DNA from: Vicugna vicugna
Taxonomy: Eukaryota
Reading direction: 5' to 3'
NCBI GenBank assembly: GCA_013265495.1
Contig: PNXW01019614.1
Location: forward strand, 1-50,964
DNA: 50,964 nucleotides
A program made the translations under genes and the position numbers. The notes under the pieces were generated by a model. It searched no databases. It saw only the letters and a program-made list of their open reading frames with translations, and was not told the origin of the DNA. Below are positions 1 through 13,159 of the stretch, in pieces (positions within the stretch are counted from its first letter, which is position 1; each line of letters starts with the position of its first letter).

Positions 1-788
1 ACGTGCAATGTCTACTCTTAGGGCGATGAGAAAAGATACTCAAAATTAAGACACAGAAGCAACGGCAGAATTCACTGAAGGAGCAACAGCTTAGAAGCAG
101 GGACTTTAAGTGAGTAAGAAAACATTTCTGTCTTTAAAACCCCTGAATTGTTCTGACCATCAGTGCCCATCTGAGGAAACCCCATGCTGTTTTTAATGTC
201 CCTAACAATTGAAAAATGACTAAACTATGTTAACGAGTCACTATTTTGGATTTACGAAGGCTGAAATAAAATGAAACAAAATAGACCGTTACAAGAAAGA
301 GGAGACACAAATCTGAGACCGCAACAAGTAAAAAATACGTTCCAATCAGTGCCAGGTTAGCTAAAAGATCGAGCTGATCGAAACTTCTAATCCAGCAGGA
401 ACGTAGGGATAGAAACTTTATCTTATGAAATAAAAACGATTTGTTCGTTTTCTCATTACTTTGCAGCAGCCATTAAGTGTGTCCTTACTTTCCCTCCTCC
501 CTCCCCTCCCCCCTTGCGTGTGCACAAGTGCACACTCAACACACACGCACAGAAGACACAGGCTGCAATTTTTACCACGCTACTTTGACTTTCACGGTTT
601 TTTTCATATAACACATATTTTTAAAATACTGTCAAATTCCAGCTGCTAACTATAGTATATTTGAGATGTAAATTTCAAGCCATCATTTGGAAGTACTAAT
701 TAGGAACTCTAGATTCTTGGTGAACTCAAAAAAGTCATAGCTGGAATTAACACCAAAAAGAAAACCATAGAAGCCATTAGCACTTCTT

Positions 789-930
789 GGAACGGAACTG
801 ACATTACTCGTCTCATGTAAAGGGGAACGGAACTGACATTACTCGTCTCATGTAAAGGGGAACGGAACTGACATTACTCGTCTCATGTAAAGGGGAACGG
901 AACTGACATTACTCGTCTCACGTAAAGGGG
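789..930. repeat. Minisatellite, 35-bp unit x ~4 (GGAACGGAACTGACATTACTCGTCTCATGTAAAGG)
   Basis: AACGGAACTGAC recurs at 791, 826, 861 and 896; only one substitution (T>C at 921) in the last copy; no spacers. Confidence 0.97.
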
Positions 931-1829
931 ATGATAGTTGCAAGCCACAGGGGGATTTAACAGAAAACCTACTGAGTTTGGGGTAAAAACTATGCTTCCC
1001 CACCACCATATTTAGAAAGTTTCTTCCAAAACAACAAGCAGAAGAACCCCACCAAAACCTCATTCTTTTGTGGAGTAGTCTCTGCTCTGGAACCCAAATT
1101 AATCACGATGGATGATGCCACCTTATTCCTTCCTTAACAGACCCCTAAACAATAAATGCCCCCCAGATACGCCCAGCTCCTTACACACACCACAGGTGTC
1201 TGCTTGAATCAGGAAACAAAGTGTTCTCTCTCTGACTCAGATAACACCACCAAGCACGGAGATTTCAAGTGTTACTTTGTCTGGCAGTTTCTTCCCCTAA
1301 GATAATGCTCAACACACACCTGCCTTAGTTTACACACAGTACAAATTTCTAAGACCAAAACCAACTGTACTTTATGGGCAGAAAATGGATGTGGCTACAC
1401 AGTTTCACTACAGTGTGCGTGACATACCCAAACGGCCCCTCTTTTTTCCCCCAAAGAGATCATTATATGATCCACTGACATTTCTTGAATCTTGATATGT
1501 AAGAGTACATTATTATCCTCTCATTAAGCTCCAAACGTCTGGTAAAATGCCAATGGCTTGAATAAAGACCACATTGACATTTCACTGCAGGGTCATCTCG
1601 TTGTGGACAGAATGCCAGCCCTACACTTGAGTGCACAGGCGTGTCGTCTAGCTGCACTCCTTAAGCATCACTTCTCAAAGGCTCAAGGTTCTAGGGGATT
1701 GTAAAGGGGGAAATGGGCAGATTGTAATTACCCTGTCTAGACTCTGCTCGTGAACATGTATTTGGACAACTCACCAAAAAAGGAAGCATCTCATTTTCTA
1801 ATTCCGAGTATCATTTCTCTTGAAAAAGT

Positions 1830-2553
1830 CTCCTACACTGCTGCTGGGAATGTAGTTTGGTGTAGCCGTTATGGAAAACAGTATGGAAATTCCTTAAAAA
1901 ACTAAAAACAGACTTACCATATGATCCAGCAATCCCACTCCTGGGCATATATCCAGAGGGAAGTCTAATTTCAAAAGACACATGCACCCCAGTGTTCACA
2001 GCAGCACTATTTACAATAGCCAAGACACAGAAGCAACCTAAATGTCCAGTGACAGATGCCTGGATAAAGAAGTGTGGTATACTTATACAATGGAATACTA
2101 CTCAGCCACAAAAAAGAGTAAACTAATGCCATTTGCAGCAACATGGATGGTCCTGGAAATTATCATTCTAAGTGAAATAAGGCAGAAAGAGAAAGAAATA
2201 TACCATATGATAGCATTCATATGTGGAATCTGAAAAAAGAAAAACAGGACACTAATGAACTCATTTACAAAACAGATAGACTTGCAGACATAGTAAACAA
2301 TCTTACGGTTACCTAGGGAAAGGAGGTGGGAAGGGATAAATTTGGGAGTTTGAGATTTGCAAACGTTAGCCACTATATATAAAAATAGATAAAAAGCAAA
2401 TTTATTCTGTATAGCACAGGGAACTATACTCAACATCTTATAATAACCTGTTATGAAAAGGAATATATGTGTGTATGTATATGCATGACTGGGACATTAT
2501 GCTGTGCACCAGAAATTGACACATTGTAACTAACTATACTTCAATTTAAAAAA
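1830..2553 (+). mobile_element. LINE-1 3' fragment (ORF2 C-terminus plus 3' UTR), camelid/artiodactyl type
   Basis: Typical L1 motifs ([49 protein letters not shown]...FAATWM.LE.IILSE in ORF 2042..2233); ends CTATACTTCAAT plus an A-tail. Confidence 0.95.
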
Positions 2554-2784
2554 ACAGAAGTTTAAAAAGTTACACATGATGTTGTGGAGATACTGGCAAA
2601 ATAAAAACCATGGATTTTAAAAAAAGTGGATGAGCATTTCTGAAACTGCAGAATGGGTGTAGAGGATCGGGACCGAAGCAACACTGCGGAGCAAGTCGTC
2701 AGTAAAAGGCAGTGGCATGTGGCAGTGGAGAGGATGCAGGCTGTGGAGCTGCCAGGTCTCATCTGGGTGAGAAATGACTGCATC

Positions 2785-2880
2785 AGAGACTTGGCTTCCT
2801 CTTTTGAAAAATGAGGGCAATGTCATATACCTCACAGGGATGTTGAGAAGTTTAAATCTGACAGCTTAAAGCACTCAGCT
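2785..2880 (+). mobile_element. MIR SINE remnant
   Basis: CTTCCTCTTTTGAAAAATGAGGGCAAT...ACCTCACAGGGATGTTG...AAAGCACTCAGC resembles the MIR core. Confidence 0.6.
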
Positions 2881-3270
2881 CTGCAACAAAGGAGGGGTCC
2901 CAAGAACAATAATAAGCCCCACCCACTCACTACCTGTGAGATTCTCAGGACAATGAATCTCTTTTTCTTTTCCTCAGCTCAAACTTAAAAATTATCCTAA
3001 GTGACTTCAAACTCCTACATTCCGTATCTTAACGAAATTCAGTTCTTGACTTGTGGTTCATGATGGTCAATGTGGGGCATAAAGATCTGAAATCTGTTCT
3101 CTGTATCCACTCAGATACACTACAGAATTGGGAGAGTATTAATTTAGCAATGAATTTTCTGAGGTCAAAATTCAGAGGGGTTAACAAAGGAGTATCTGAA
3201 ACCTCCTTTTGGGGATTTTCAGAATAATTTGGGTGCTTTACCCAAAGCACTCTGGGGCTTATGGGGGTCC

Positions 3271-3290
3271 TGCTGCCCCCTGGGGGCCCA
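3271..3290 (-). promoter_or_regulatory. Candidate CTCF motif
   Basis: Minus strand TGGGCCCCCAGGGGGCAGCA is close to the CTCF core CCACCAGGGGGCRSY. Motif match only. Confidence 0.4.
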
Positions 3291-4270
3291 CTCCAGTTTT
3301 TCACCCGAGTATTTTGTGAAATTCCTCATAATTTTCTTTAGACATGCACCTTACTTTTTTTCCCATTATGTTTTTATAAGCTTGTGAACTGAATATTCCT
3401 GTAAATAGCACCATTAAATGAGCTTAATTGCAGAGTCTATTTTTTTGTGTGTTGTAAGCAATGCATAATTCATATACATTTTTTTCATACACAGTATGGA
3501 GAATAGTTCAACAATTTTTAAAGTTAAATATTTACATTTGGAAAAATTGTATTTTTAGCCATGTGCTAGTGACTCTGAGAAGGGGGACCTACTGAGCCAG
3601 GATGTCTCAGGCAGGTGTTTAATCGGACTAATTAAGCAACACGTACAGAACACTTCTGGTTCTCCCTTTGCTCTTTGTAAACGCAGGTGAGCAACAGGTG
3701 ATTGCCTGATTAGACTATTTAAAACCCACTCACTTTTTATAGCTAAGGAAATTTCTTTTGAACTCAAAATTACAAGCTCAAAACATAATATGTGGTCTCA
3801 AGTCTTACCTATTTTTCTTCTTGTTCTAGGCACCATTGGTTAAATCTGATTTTTTCCGTGGTACTTTAACATTAGCACAGGGGGTAAGAGTAATAAAATA
3901 TGCTCCATATATAAAGGACAGAAAGCCACACAGTCTACTGCTCTCACAGTGTTTCTTCTCCTGCCTGACTCTCTCTTAAGAAAAATCAATACACTTAGCT
4001 GGCCTAGGGATCGAATCTGAGAAGACTGGCCTCGTTGGCACTATAAACACTGAAGCCAACCGACTATAAAGCTCGCGTTACCAGACTTCAGATGGAGAAG
4101 GACAAAGCGTGCTTGCTTCTCACGCTGCTTCCTCCCCTCCCTGTAGACACTGAGGACATCCCCAAAGTTCAACCTGAAATCACCAGACTGCACGACAAAT
4201 CCCACCCCTTTTCGAGCACTGTTCATATGCTCTTGAGCTGTGTGTATGAAAACGAGGGAGAACACACAAA

Positions 4271-4295
4271 TGTGTGTGTGTGTGTGTGTGTGTGT
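4271..4295. repeat. (TG)n microsatellite
   Basis: About 12 TG units read directly. Confidence 0.95.
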
Positions 4296-7200
4296 ACATA
4301 CATACACCCCTGCGAACTGCTGGCTGAAGTTCCTACGGTTTACGCACCTAAAGCCCACACACGCACAATCTCACCCCTGCACTCGGAGTCCCGCAAACCG
4401 CGGGACGCCCTGCACGTGGACAAACGCCACGCAGACGATTCACACGCATTTTCTCAGCAGCGACGTGGCCCCTCGCCATTCACCCGCTGCGTTCTTACTG
4501 CTTCCTCCTGGGCTGGGAGAGCGCCTCCCAGGCAGCACCGGGGAAAGAGGGTCCGTGAAAGGTGTGTGGTGAATCTGAGGGTGGCAGGGGTTTCGTAGGG
4601 AAGAACAGGAGGGCCTTCAAAGCATTAAGGGGGGAAGGCGTTTCATCACACACAGACAATTCCATCGTGTGGTAATTATATTCCACAATACCGACAACTG
4701 AAAAAGGAAAAGAAAAGAAAAGAAGGATGAAAAGCAGAGACGACAGTCCTTTACAGGGATGGGATGGTCAGATTTGCCTCGGTACCTGGATAAGCAGAGG
4801 TATGAGACCCCAGGAGGAGGTCTCAGACCTCACCCAGCACCACGTGACGTCACCTGTTTATTACCAACTTCAGGACATTAGAAAATCTTAGACCAACAGT
4901 CACCAACTGGCCCTCCTGCCAGGAAGGAAGGAAAGCACGTGCCTGGACGTGTGCTCCGCAAAAGCTTTTTCTCCTGGAACTGACGATGCTTCCTCTCAAC
5001 GAATCTGCACACATACACGGAATGATGACACGACTCTCCTGCCAGAGGGAAGCGACACCAGACGGGTACTTGCTTACGGTCACACGGAAGCCAGCGGCGC
5101 GGTCCGGCCTCGCAGCCAGACCGACTCCCTCTCGTCGCATCCTCGCCTGATCACCTTCGTTTCACGTTTGCCTCGCACGATGGACTCGGGCAATTTAGAG
5201 ACGCTCCACTTTATAATCTACACTCAGATAGAGTTCCCATGAAGCGAGCGCTGTGACACGCTAAACGTGAAAGCCACGTGTCGTCACGGCATGAGAATCA
5301 GCTCCTAAAGACGACGAGGGCGCACGCAGCTCAGGCTCCGGGCCCGAATCCTGTGAGATGTGAGACGGATGCAGCGACAGCCCTGCGCCGAGCCCTTCTG
5401 CGGCCCCGTCTAGCTGCGCTGTGCCGTCACCCCGAGCCGCTCGGCACGCAGTCAGGACGGCACGGTGACCAGGGAGCGGGTGCCCCAGGGCCGGTGTGCG
5501 GTGCAGACAAGCTACTCACTCACACTGACTCATTATTCCTCTACAGCGATGCTAGCCCTGAACGCAGACATCTCCAGTGAACAACACAGGGTCTAAGAGA
5601 AGCGGAGGCTCCCTGTGTTCTCAGGAAGGTTTCTAGAGACACCAGCCAAAGCGGGAAAGCGAAGGGGCACGTCCCAGGGATTCACAGGGCATCAAATTCC
5701 AAACAAACGTGAGGGCCCCTCGCCTCCCCTTCCTGTGCCTTCTTCCCCTAAGAGTTGTCACTGTCACGATACGTGTGGGCACATCAGACGGAACCCAGAG
5801 CAAACTGAGGCGAATGAGCAAGAGAAGCAGAGGAGCCAACTGCAGAGACGGGCCAGGGCCCCCCGAGGCCAGCAGGTGCTATGGTGCTTCCTGCTGGGCC
5901 GGTGACGCAGGCAACACCCAGGGGGCAGCCCCAGCGGGCGGGGCGGGAGACGGCAGTGGGGGTTCTGGGCTGATGTCGACGTGGGTCAGAGCAACCTGTC
6001 CCTCCAAGGCCACGCGTAGGCAGCGGCTGAGGGGTCTGGAGACAGGATTCAGGCTTTTGAACTCAGCCAGGAGATATGAGAGCCAGGAGCTCGGCAGAGA
6101 TGCAGTCCCCATGCTACTCACTGGGCTTTAGGACAGAGAAGGAACCCAGCACCGAGAGAGAAGAGGTGAGGGAAACCCATCAAAAGATCAGCCCTAAACA
6201 CCGAACCAACAGACAGCCGCCCGCGGAGACGCGGCAGGTGGGGCGCGGGATGCACGGCGACTCACACGCGCTCCCCGGCTTCCCGGACACACAAAGTCCT
6301 GTTCACAGCACACTGCAGTCCGTCAAAGTCTGCAACAGTAACGAGCTCTAAAACACAGTGTACCTGCCTTAACCTAAAAATAAAATTTTATTCATAAAAA
6401 ATGCTAACCGTCCTCTGACAACGCAGAGTTGTCACAAACCTGCAATTCGTGAGAACAAAACAAAACAAAACAAAAAACGCCCCAGTATCTACGAAGCACA
6501 GTGAAGTGCAGCACAAGGGAACAAGGCCAGCCTGGGGGGGGGACGCTCACACGTGTCCACCTCCGTGACACAAAGCGGGTGTGCATGTACGACACGAGGA
6601 CAGGACGCAGGTTCACGAGCTGCAAGGCAGGAATTATGCTTCAGAGACGCTTCCTGCTCGCGTCACGACTGCCCTGCAGACTGGATGGGCCCGGGCTTCT
6701 CGCACGCGTTCGCCTTTGAACCAGCCCGGGTACCTTCCCGTTACACACGCACCCAGACCCGTGCACGGAACCAGCGTGTATCCAGGTGGGGCCTCGGGCC
6801 GAGCAGCGCAGCCACGTCCTGGGAACAATTCGTACCGTCTGCCTAGCTGACGAGGGAGTGGTACGCACACAGGCCACATTTATATATATTTGGATCATGC
6901 AGTCATTCAAACAATGGGTAAAAAATTAAAATTCTCACCTGGTAGATAAAATGTAACCACGTGGCCTTCTCCCCAGTTCATTCTCTCGTTTTAGAACGCA
7001 TCTCCCGTTTGAACTCTCAACGGCCACACTGACGCCAGCGGGGGGGGGGAAAGCGATCTATGTTTACAAATGACTTCTGGTAAACAACGCAACCGAAAAG
7101 ATTCTTTTCACAAGAGAGGAGAAACGGTTGCCAAAGGAGGCGGCGGGGCGTCAAGAGGGCCCTACTCCAAATCTGGCTTAAAAGAAAAAGCCACCCGACC

Positions 7201-10200
7201 TTCACAAGACCAAGAGGACTCACAAAGGAGTGAGACGACGGGCCCAGTGCGTCTTCAGGGAGCGGGGACGGCAGCCATCTAACTCCTCTTGGCCTTATGG
7301 CAGAAAACTTTTCCTTGAAACTTTGAAAATACCAAAGCAGAAAGCAAAAATGCAAAGGACCTTTAGAAATGTTACAGCATCCTACTTATCTATTCTTTGA
7401 CTTTCTTACTTCATCAGAGTTACTTCCTTTCATTGCCCTTTATACTTACATACGATCTCTTTCAAAATAAAAATAAAAGGCAGTTCCCATTTTGTAGAAA
7501 GGTTAAAGTTTGCAGAGGGAAAAAAAAAAAAACAGAATCACACTTCAACAGAATCACACTTCAGAATGACATTACTCTCCACTGCGTGACCATGATCAGC
7601 CACAAAGTGGGTGTTCAGACTTAGCAGCTCGTTTTTCAGCTGCAACGAGGAGTTACTGAGCCACGTCTCCGTGCCATTCAGGCTACCGAGCAATGGATAC
7701 ACCCAGGTGAGGGAAACAGTCATCGGCCTTGTCCTCGTGGCATTTGAATCGAATGGTGGGGGGCACAAAAACATCGAAGGAGTAAATGCAGTAAGGACAC
7801 AAGACAAAGCTTGCACGGTGAGATACAGGAAACGGACGGCTTGCTCTGAGAGGGAACGAAGGGGGTGGGCTCCTCAGATGGGCGGGCGGGAGAGACTGCG
7901 GGGTGAGGCTGGACGATTAGGAGACGGATTCTGTGAGATCTGAGGACCACTTGATGCTGACACAGCAAGTCAGGATAATTGTGGAAAACTTCTCTCTTCT
8001 AACGATTAACCACCCTAGACGCTCAGTCAGCACTTCCACTAACGGCCTGTGTGTTAACTCCGCGCACGTTTTCAGGAGCGTGAAGGTCCCTATCCATCCA
8101 ACCAAGGCTCCACCTCAGACGGTAAAATCCAGCCCAGCTCACCCCTCACCCACTCGCTGGCCCATTTCAGCATCTGGCTTTATTAAATGTGGTCAATACC
8201 TTCTTCCTTCTCACTGGCAATGAGCCCGCACCTCTGTTGCTCACCATTATGTGCCCAGAACTCACAGACAGCGTGGCTGAGGGTGGGTCTTCAAAAATGC
8301 AAGTTGAATGAATAAATGATTACAGCTGCTCCTACTAAGTTTCTGTGTCATTTACATTTTAAAAACTTGAATCCAATTCAAATAGAAAAGACTGCTGCAG
8401 AAAGTCCATTTGAAAAGGATGCAATAGCAACAAATGTTCTTGTAAACACTCTGTTTCTGATCTCTTTTCTGATTTAGTTAAATCTCAGCCCATCTTCAGT
8501 GCATGTACAGCGCTACTGTCAAAACAGAAAACATTTTCCTTTGTATTCATAACGCGGCCCCAACAAAGCTGGGATTGCTTCCCGTCCTCACTCCAATACG
8601 TTGATTTGAAGACCAGAACATACAACGGTGACAGCCTGTTTTTCCTAATGATGAGGATTCTCTGGGATTCGAACACCACATTTGAATATATTCGATAGAA
8701 GAGGTACAACATGGAAAGGTTTTGATATTCTCCGTTAGCATTCAAAATTATTTAGTACCTATGATTACACAGAACGCTCTCTGACCAGATAACATTTGGG
8801 GAGTAAATCCATGTGTTTGTGTATAGGTAACACCATTCCTGCCCACAAGCAATTTGTTTGGAAAAGCAGGTGCGACACAGGATCTCACACGTAGAGCAGA
8901 AACCTCCAGACACCCAACGGAGAACATATCAGACTATGAAACACGGGAACTGGGGTTAATGACTGAGAGCTTCGGCTCAGTTAAAAGTACAGTATGGTAT
9001 ATAAATCACAGTTTTTTGAACCAATGAGAAGTTAAATTATATATGTTGACTCTTAAATCCCATGTTAGTTTATAGATGGTTTTCTCATCACAAAACACAT
9101 GCAGATATGCTATTCCACGTGGCATTTCTTCCCTAGGTCTTGTACAGAGTTAAAAGAAGGGTAACAAATTGCCCTAAAAGTATGCTGCCATGTATACTAG
9201 CTTTCCCACTGAAAGCATCAGACATTTCAGACAGAAACTCATGCAAGACAATGTTACAATCACTTAAGGACAATAATCATAGCTGCTCTTTATATGTGTG
9301 TGCACTAAATTATCTGTTTTTTTAATAAGCCAGAAAGTAGGCGATGAAAGTAATTTCTAAGGGGAACGAGCTGGATGTCTCCTGAAGAAGTGAGGTCTAA
9401 CTTTCAGGTGCGATGCATTCCCGGGGGCTTCATCTTTCAGTCACAGCCTGAATTACATGCGCTCACTTTCCACATCAAACTAATGGATAAAGGCAGCAGG
9501 AATTCTACAGCAGGACGGAGTGGGGACCGATCATCTTTTATCCCTGTTAACTACCTGACTCGGGGGAAACTGGAGATTTCCACAATTAATGAACCAATTT
9601 CATTGACAATTAACTTATTAATAGTGTCCAGCTTTACGGCAGGCATGTCATAAGCCTCTCGTATACCCACAGTATAGGGTGGGTGTATCACTGGGTGTGA
9701 TTCCTCGAGTCTCTACTGGGTTTTATCACTGAGAAAGGAGGCAATTCTCCTATCATGAAGCTGGGTCAGATACGTCGGAAATGCACTTGCTAATTTCACG
9801 TGAGAAGTAATAAACACTGTGTCAGTGAATAAAGCAGATCATGCAGTTACCTGTAAAGGGTGTACTTCTTTGCACATTGATGGGGAAGCAGGCGGTTAGA
9901 AAGTTACTTCCCTCGTGTTGAGCCAGCACCATCTACAACAGTCATGGTTGGTCACTGGGAGGTCAGCTCGTGTCTAATACAATTAATATCAGCAAAACAG
10001 CTTCGGGAACAAACAGATGCCTGCAGTTCTGCAGTAAGGGGGCACCGCCTTGCACCCCTACTTGCCCTGGACAGAGTTTTTAAAAATTGTGGTAAAACAC
10101 ACATAACCTAAAATCTACCATCTCAAACCATTTTTAAGGACACAGTACAGCAGCATGATTCTGTGAACTTGCTGATGCTTCAGATCTCCAGAGCTGCCCT

Positions 10201-11696
10201 GGTCAGCTTTTTGAGTCTGTCTGGCCAAAGGTCATCATGCACTGTTCTGCTGGGACCCTGGGGCACAGTGTCCGACAGCATGGCTCACACTTGGAAACAT
10301 GCACTTGCGTGTGGAGGAAGGGGGAGTCTGCCATCGACGGTGGGGCAGGCTGTGCCCTACGCACAGGCACTGGACGCAGGGGCAAGCAGGGTCCAGCCCA
10401 GCCCTCACTCCACTTCCTAAACCCCAGTGGCCACCCAGGGGGACGGGCAGCTTCTTCTGTTCACACACAGGTTGTCTGAGTCAGCGCTGGTCCTCCTGCA
10501 GGGTCAAGGCGGGGGAGCGAGGAGACGTCGAGAAATCGACGGGGGGCCCCTAGGGAGAGTTTAAATTCTTCGGAGCTTTTCATCTCGACTTAGACATTAG
10601 TCATATTTTTTCACGGTCTTCCCCTCCTACTTCATTTTCTTCAGCTAAGCCAGCACTTTTATGAAGCGTGATGAGCGCATCCATGGCGATGGGGACAAAT
10701 CTAAGTGAACACAGCCGGAAATGGGAACATTCTCTGCCTCCCTACCCGTGTTTGTCTCCAGACCACGAGCGATGCCCTGAGCAGTGACGAGGGACAAAGG
10801 CAGCAGGGGCTCCTCGCAGAGCCGGGAGCACGGGGACCCCCCCGCACCGCTGCAGGGATGTTAAGCCCCTCAAGGGCAGGGGTCTTGGTCAGTTTTGTTT
10901 ATCAACAGAGTCCAAGCCATCAGAACAGTTCCCAAGACTGAGCAGGTTCTTAAGCAGTATTTATAGACTGAACTCATGATTTGGGGGGATATTTTTAAAG
11001 TCCAATTTAAAAATGAATTTATTTTAACCTGAATTGACCTCGTTCCTTCCTTCCTTTCAAAAACCTTGGCAGGATACCAGTGTTTTCTTCTCTAAGGACT
11101 CACCTACCTGCTGCTTAAAAATCTGTTCTCGAATATTGCTCTGCACCCTACTTCGGCTTCTCATGCTGAGTTTCTAGAACAAGCATATTCCACTTTTGTG
11201 AACATTACTGCAAAATTAGAGGTTTGTTTTTTTTTGTCTATGCACAATTTATGATTTCTTAAACATTATCTTTTTTCATACATTCTTTTAAAATTCAACA
11301 ATTTTAGTACATCGCATTAATGACTCAATCACTCATGTCAGTGATGGAAACTTGCACTGACAAATATCTGTCGTTCTTGAATACGTATTGACACCCTTTG
11401 GCAAAGTTCAGTCTACGCTACCCTTTCAAACTAGTCTGCATCTCACCCGTCCAGGGAATTCTTCCCTGACTTGCGCTGTTCTCTGCTGCCTCTCCTTTGC
11501 TGTATCTCCCTTTACTGACAGTATCATCTGTTTAAATTACACTCTGTCATTTGTTGCCATACCGCCTTATCACTAATCCCACGAGACTGAGGGAGCATTT
11601 TTTTTCTTTCTAATCATAATACATTGCTAATGGCTATGCACAGGATTATAGAGCTGGAGGGAAGAACAACTTCATACTTGATTCCAGTACTCTTTG

Positions 11697-11826
11697 TTTG
11701 TTCTGTTTTATTTTTTGCTGGGGTGGGGAGTTAGGTGTATTTCTTTATTTACTCACTTCATTCATGGAGGTGCTGGGGACTGAACCCAAGACCTCGGGCA
11801 GGCGAAGCCTGCGCTCTGCCCCCGAG
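11697..11826 (-). mobile_element. Camelid tRNA-derived SINE (Vic-1-like), diverged
   Basis: GGAGGTGCTGGGGACTGAACCCAAGACCTCG is the reverse complement of the B-box segment (GAGGTCCTGGGTTCAATCCCCAGTACCTCC), with the tail complement GGGGAG-TTAGGT...TTTATTT upstream. Confidence 0.8.
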
Positions 11827-11899
11827 GCCAACGGTCTGAGTGCTAACTCCCTAACGCCGCACAGCTCTTCAGAGCTGTCAGAACTGGAGGCGCCTCACA

Positions 11900-12205
11900 A
11901 CCACCACAAGGCAACGAGAGCAGGAATAACACTTAAGATTTTACAAATGAGGGGCAGAAAATCTAAAGACGCAGAGTTTTTCCCAGGGCCGCACTGCCTG
12001 GTGAGAGTTGAACACAAGACTTCTGAGTTACCAACAAGGAGACGCCGGGAAAGCTTCCTAAATTCTCTGAGCCCAAACTGGTTCTCAGGCTTGAACTGAG
12101 AACACCTGACACAGAACTGCCTTCCAGATTAAACGAGCTGACACAGTAAAGTGCTTGGCACAATGCCTTGTATACAGTAAGTGCTCAATAAACGGGACCT
12201 ATTGC
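11900..12205. mobile_element. MIR remnants (two pieces, opposite orientations)
   Basis: ATTTTACAAATGAGG...AGAGTTGAAC (minus-type) and TAAAGTGCTTGGCACAATGCCTTG...AAGTGCTCAATAAAC (plus-type MIR 3' end). Confidence 0.6.
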
Positions 12206-12868
12206 CATTGTCATCAATGTCCCATGAACAGCACACATTCTCCTCCTCATCCTGGGGTTGGCAGGCTGTGGTTCACGAGCCACGTCCGACCCACCACTTG
12301 TCTCTCAGGGCCCGCAAACGAAGATTGATACTCACATCTTTCAGTGGTTTTAAAAATCGAACAGATCATGACTCATGATACATGAAAATCTATAAAATTC
12401 GAATTAATTTTCCATAAATACACTTTGTGGGAACACAGACACGTCTGTCTCCGTGTTGTCTGAGGCTGCCTTCTCACTACAAAGGCGTAACTCGGTAGCC
12501 GTTATGAATCTGAATACCCTGGGGTCCCCAGGGCCCGAAGGACTGACTCTCCGGCCCTTTAAAGAAAAGGTTCCCCAGCCTTTGTTCTTCACTTTCAAGC
12601 TCAAGGTTTCCGACGAGCTGTCCCTGAGTCCGGATTTCTTTTCCTTTCTGTCTCCTGTATGTAGCTACTCATTTTACCTCTTCTTTATAAGGAAGTAAGG
12701 GAAAAGGATGACCAAACAGTTTGCCATTGTCAGGAAAAGTCTTGAAGGCCTGTGGTACCCTGTTTGTCTTTCATTTTTATCTCAAGTCCCCCCTCCTTTT
12801 GCCTCAGAGAGGAAGCTGGGGGCAGAAAGAGAGGAAGAAAGAGATCAGGCCAGCTCAAGTTCCAGTGC

Positions 12869-12888
12869 GAGTCACCAGATGGCAGCTC
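12869..12888 (+). promoter_or_regulatory. Candidate CTCF motif
   Basis: GTCACCAGATGGCAGCTC matches the CTCF core variant CCACCAGATGGCAGC. Motif match only. Confidence 0.45.
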
Positions 12889-13159
12889 AGGGGCCAGAGG
12901 CGCTCCCCTTCTGCAGTCTCTCTGGAATCCAAGGAAAGGAATGGCAGGAGCGACACGCTGCAGCTACACGCGCCGTCAACAGCAGTCCCTGAGCCGCTCT
13001 GGCTTCAGTCTGTTCTCGCTGCCACCAGACAGAGAAATGAAGGGTAAACCAGGTAAGAGCGGCTGAGAGGCTGCCACAGGGTTTCTCAATTCAAACAAGG
13101 GTAAAACCTCGCTGGAGTTGTTCTGCCTTACAGCCACCCACAGTCCACAGCAAGTTTCT

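Noticed and set aside
789..930. CRISPR-like array (35-bp repeats)
   Set aside because: Units are head-to-tail with no unique spacers, the context is mammalian, and no cas genes are present.
4041..7968. Numerous overlapping 60-170 aa ORFs
   Set aside because: No recognisable domains, they overlap on both strands, and they are expected by chance in GC-rich sequence and microsatellites.
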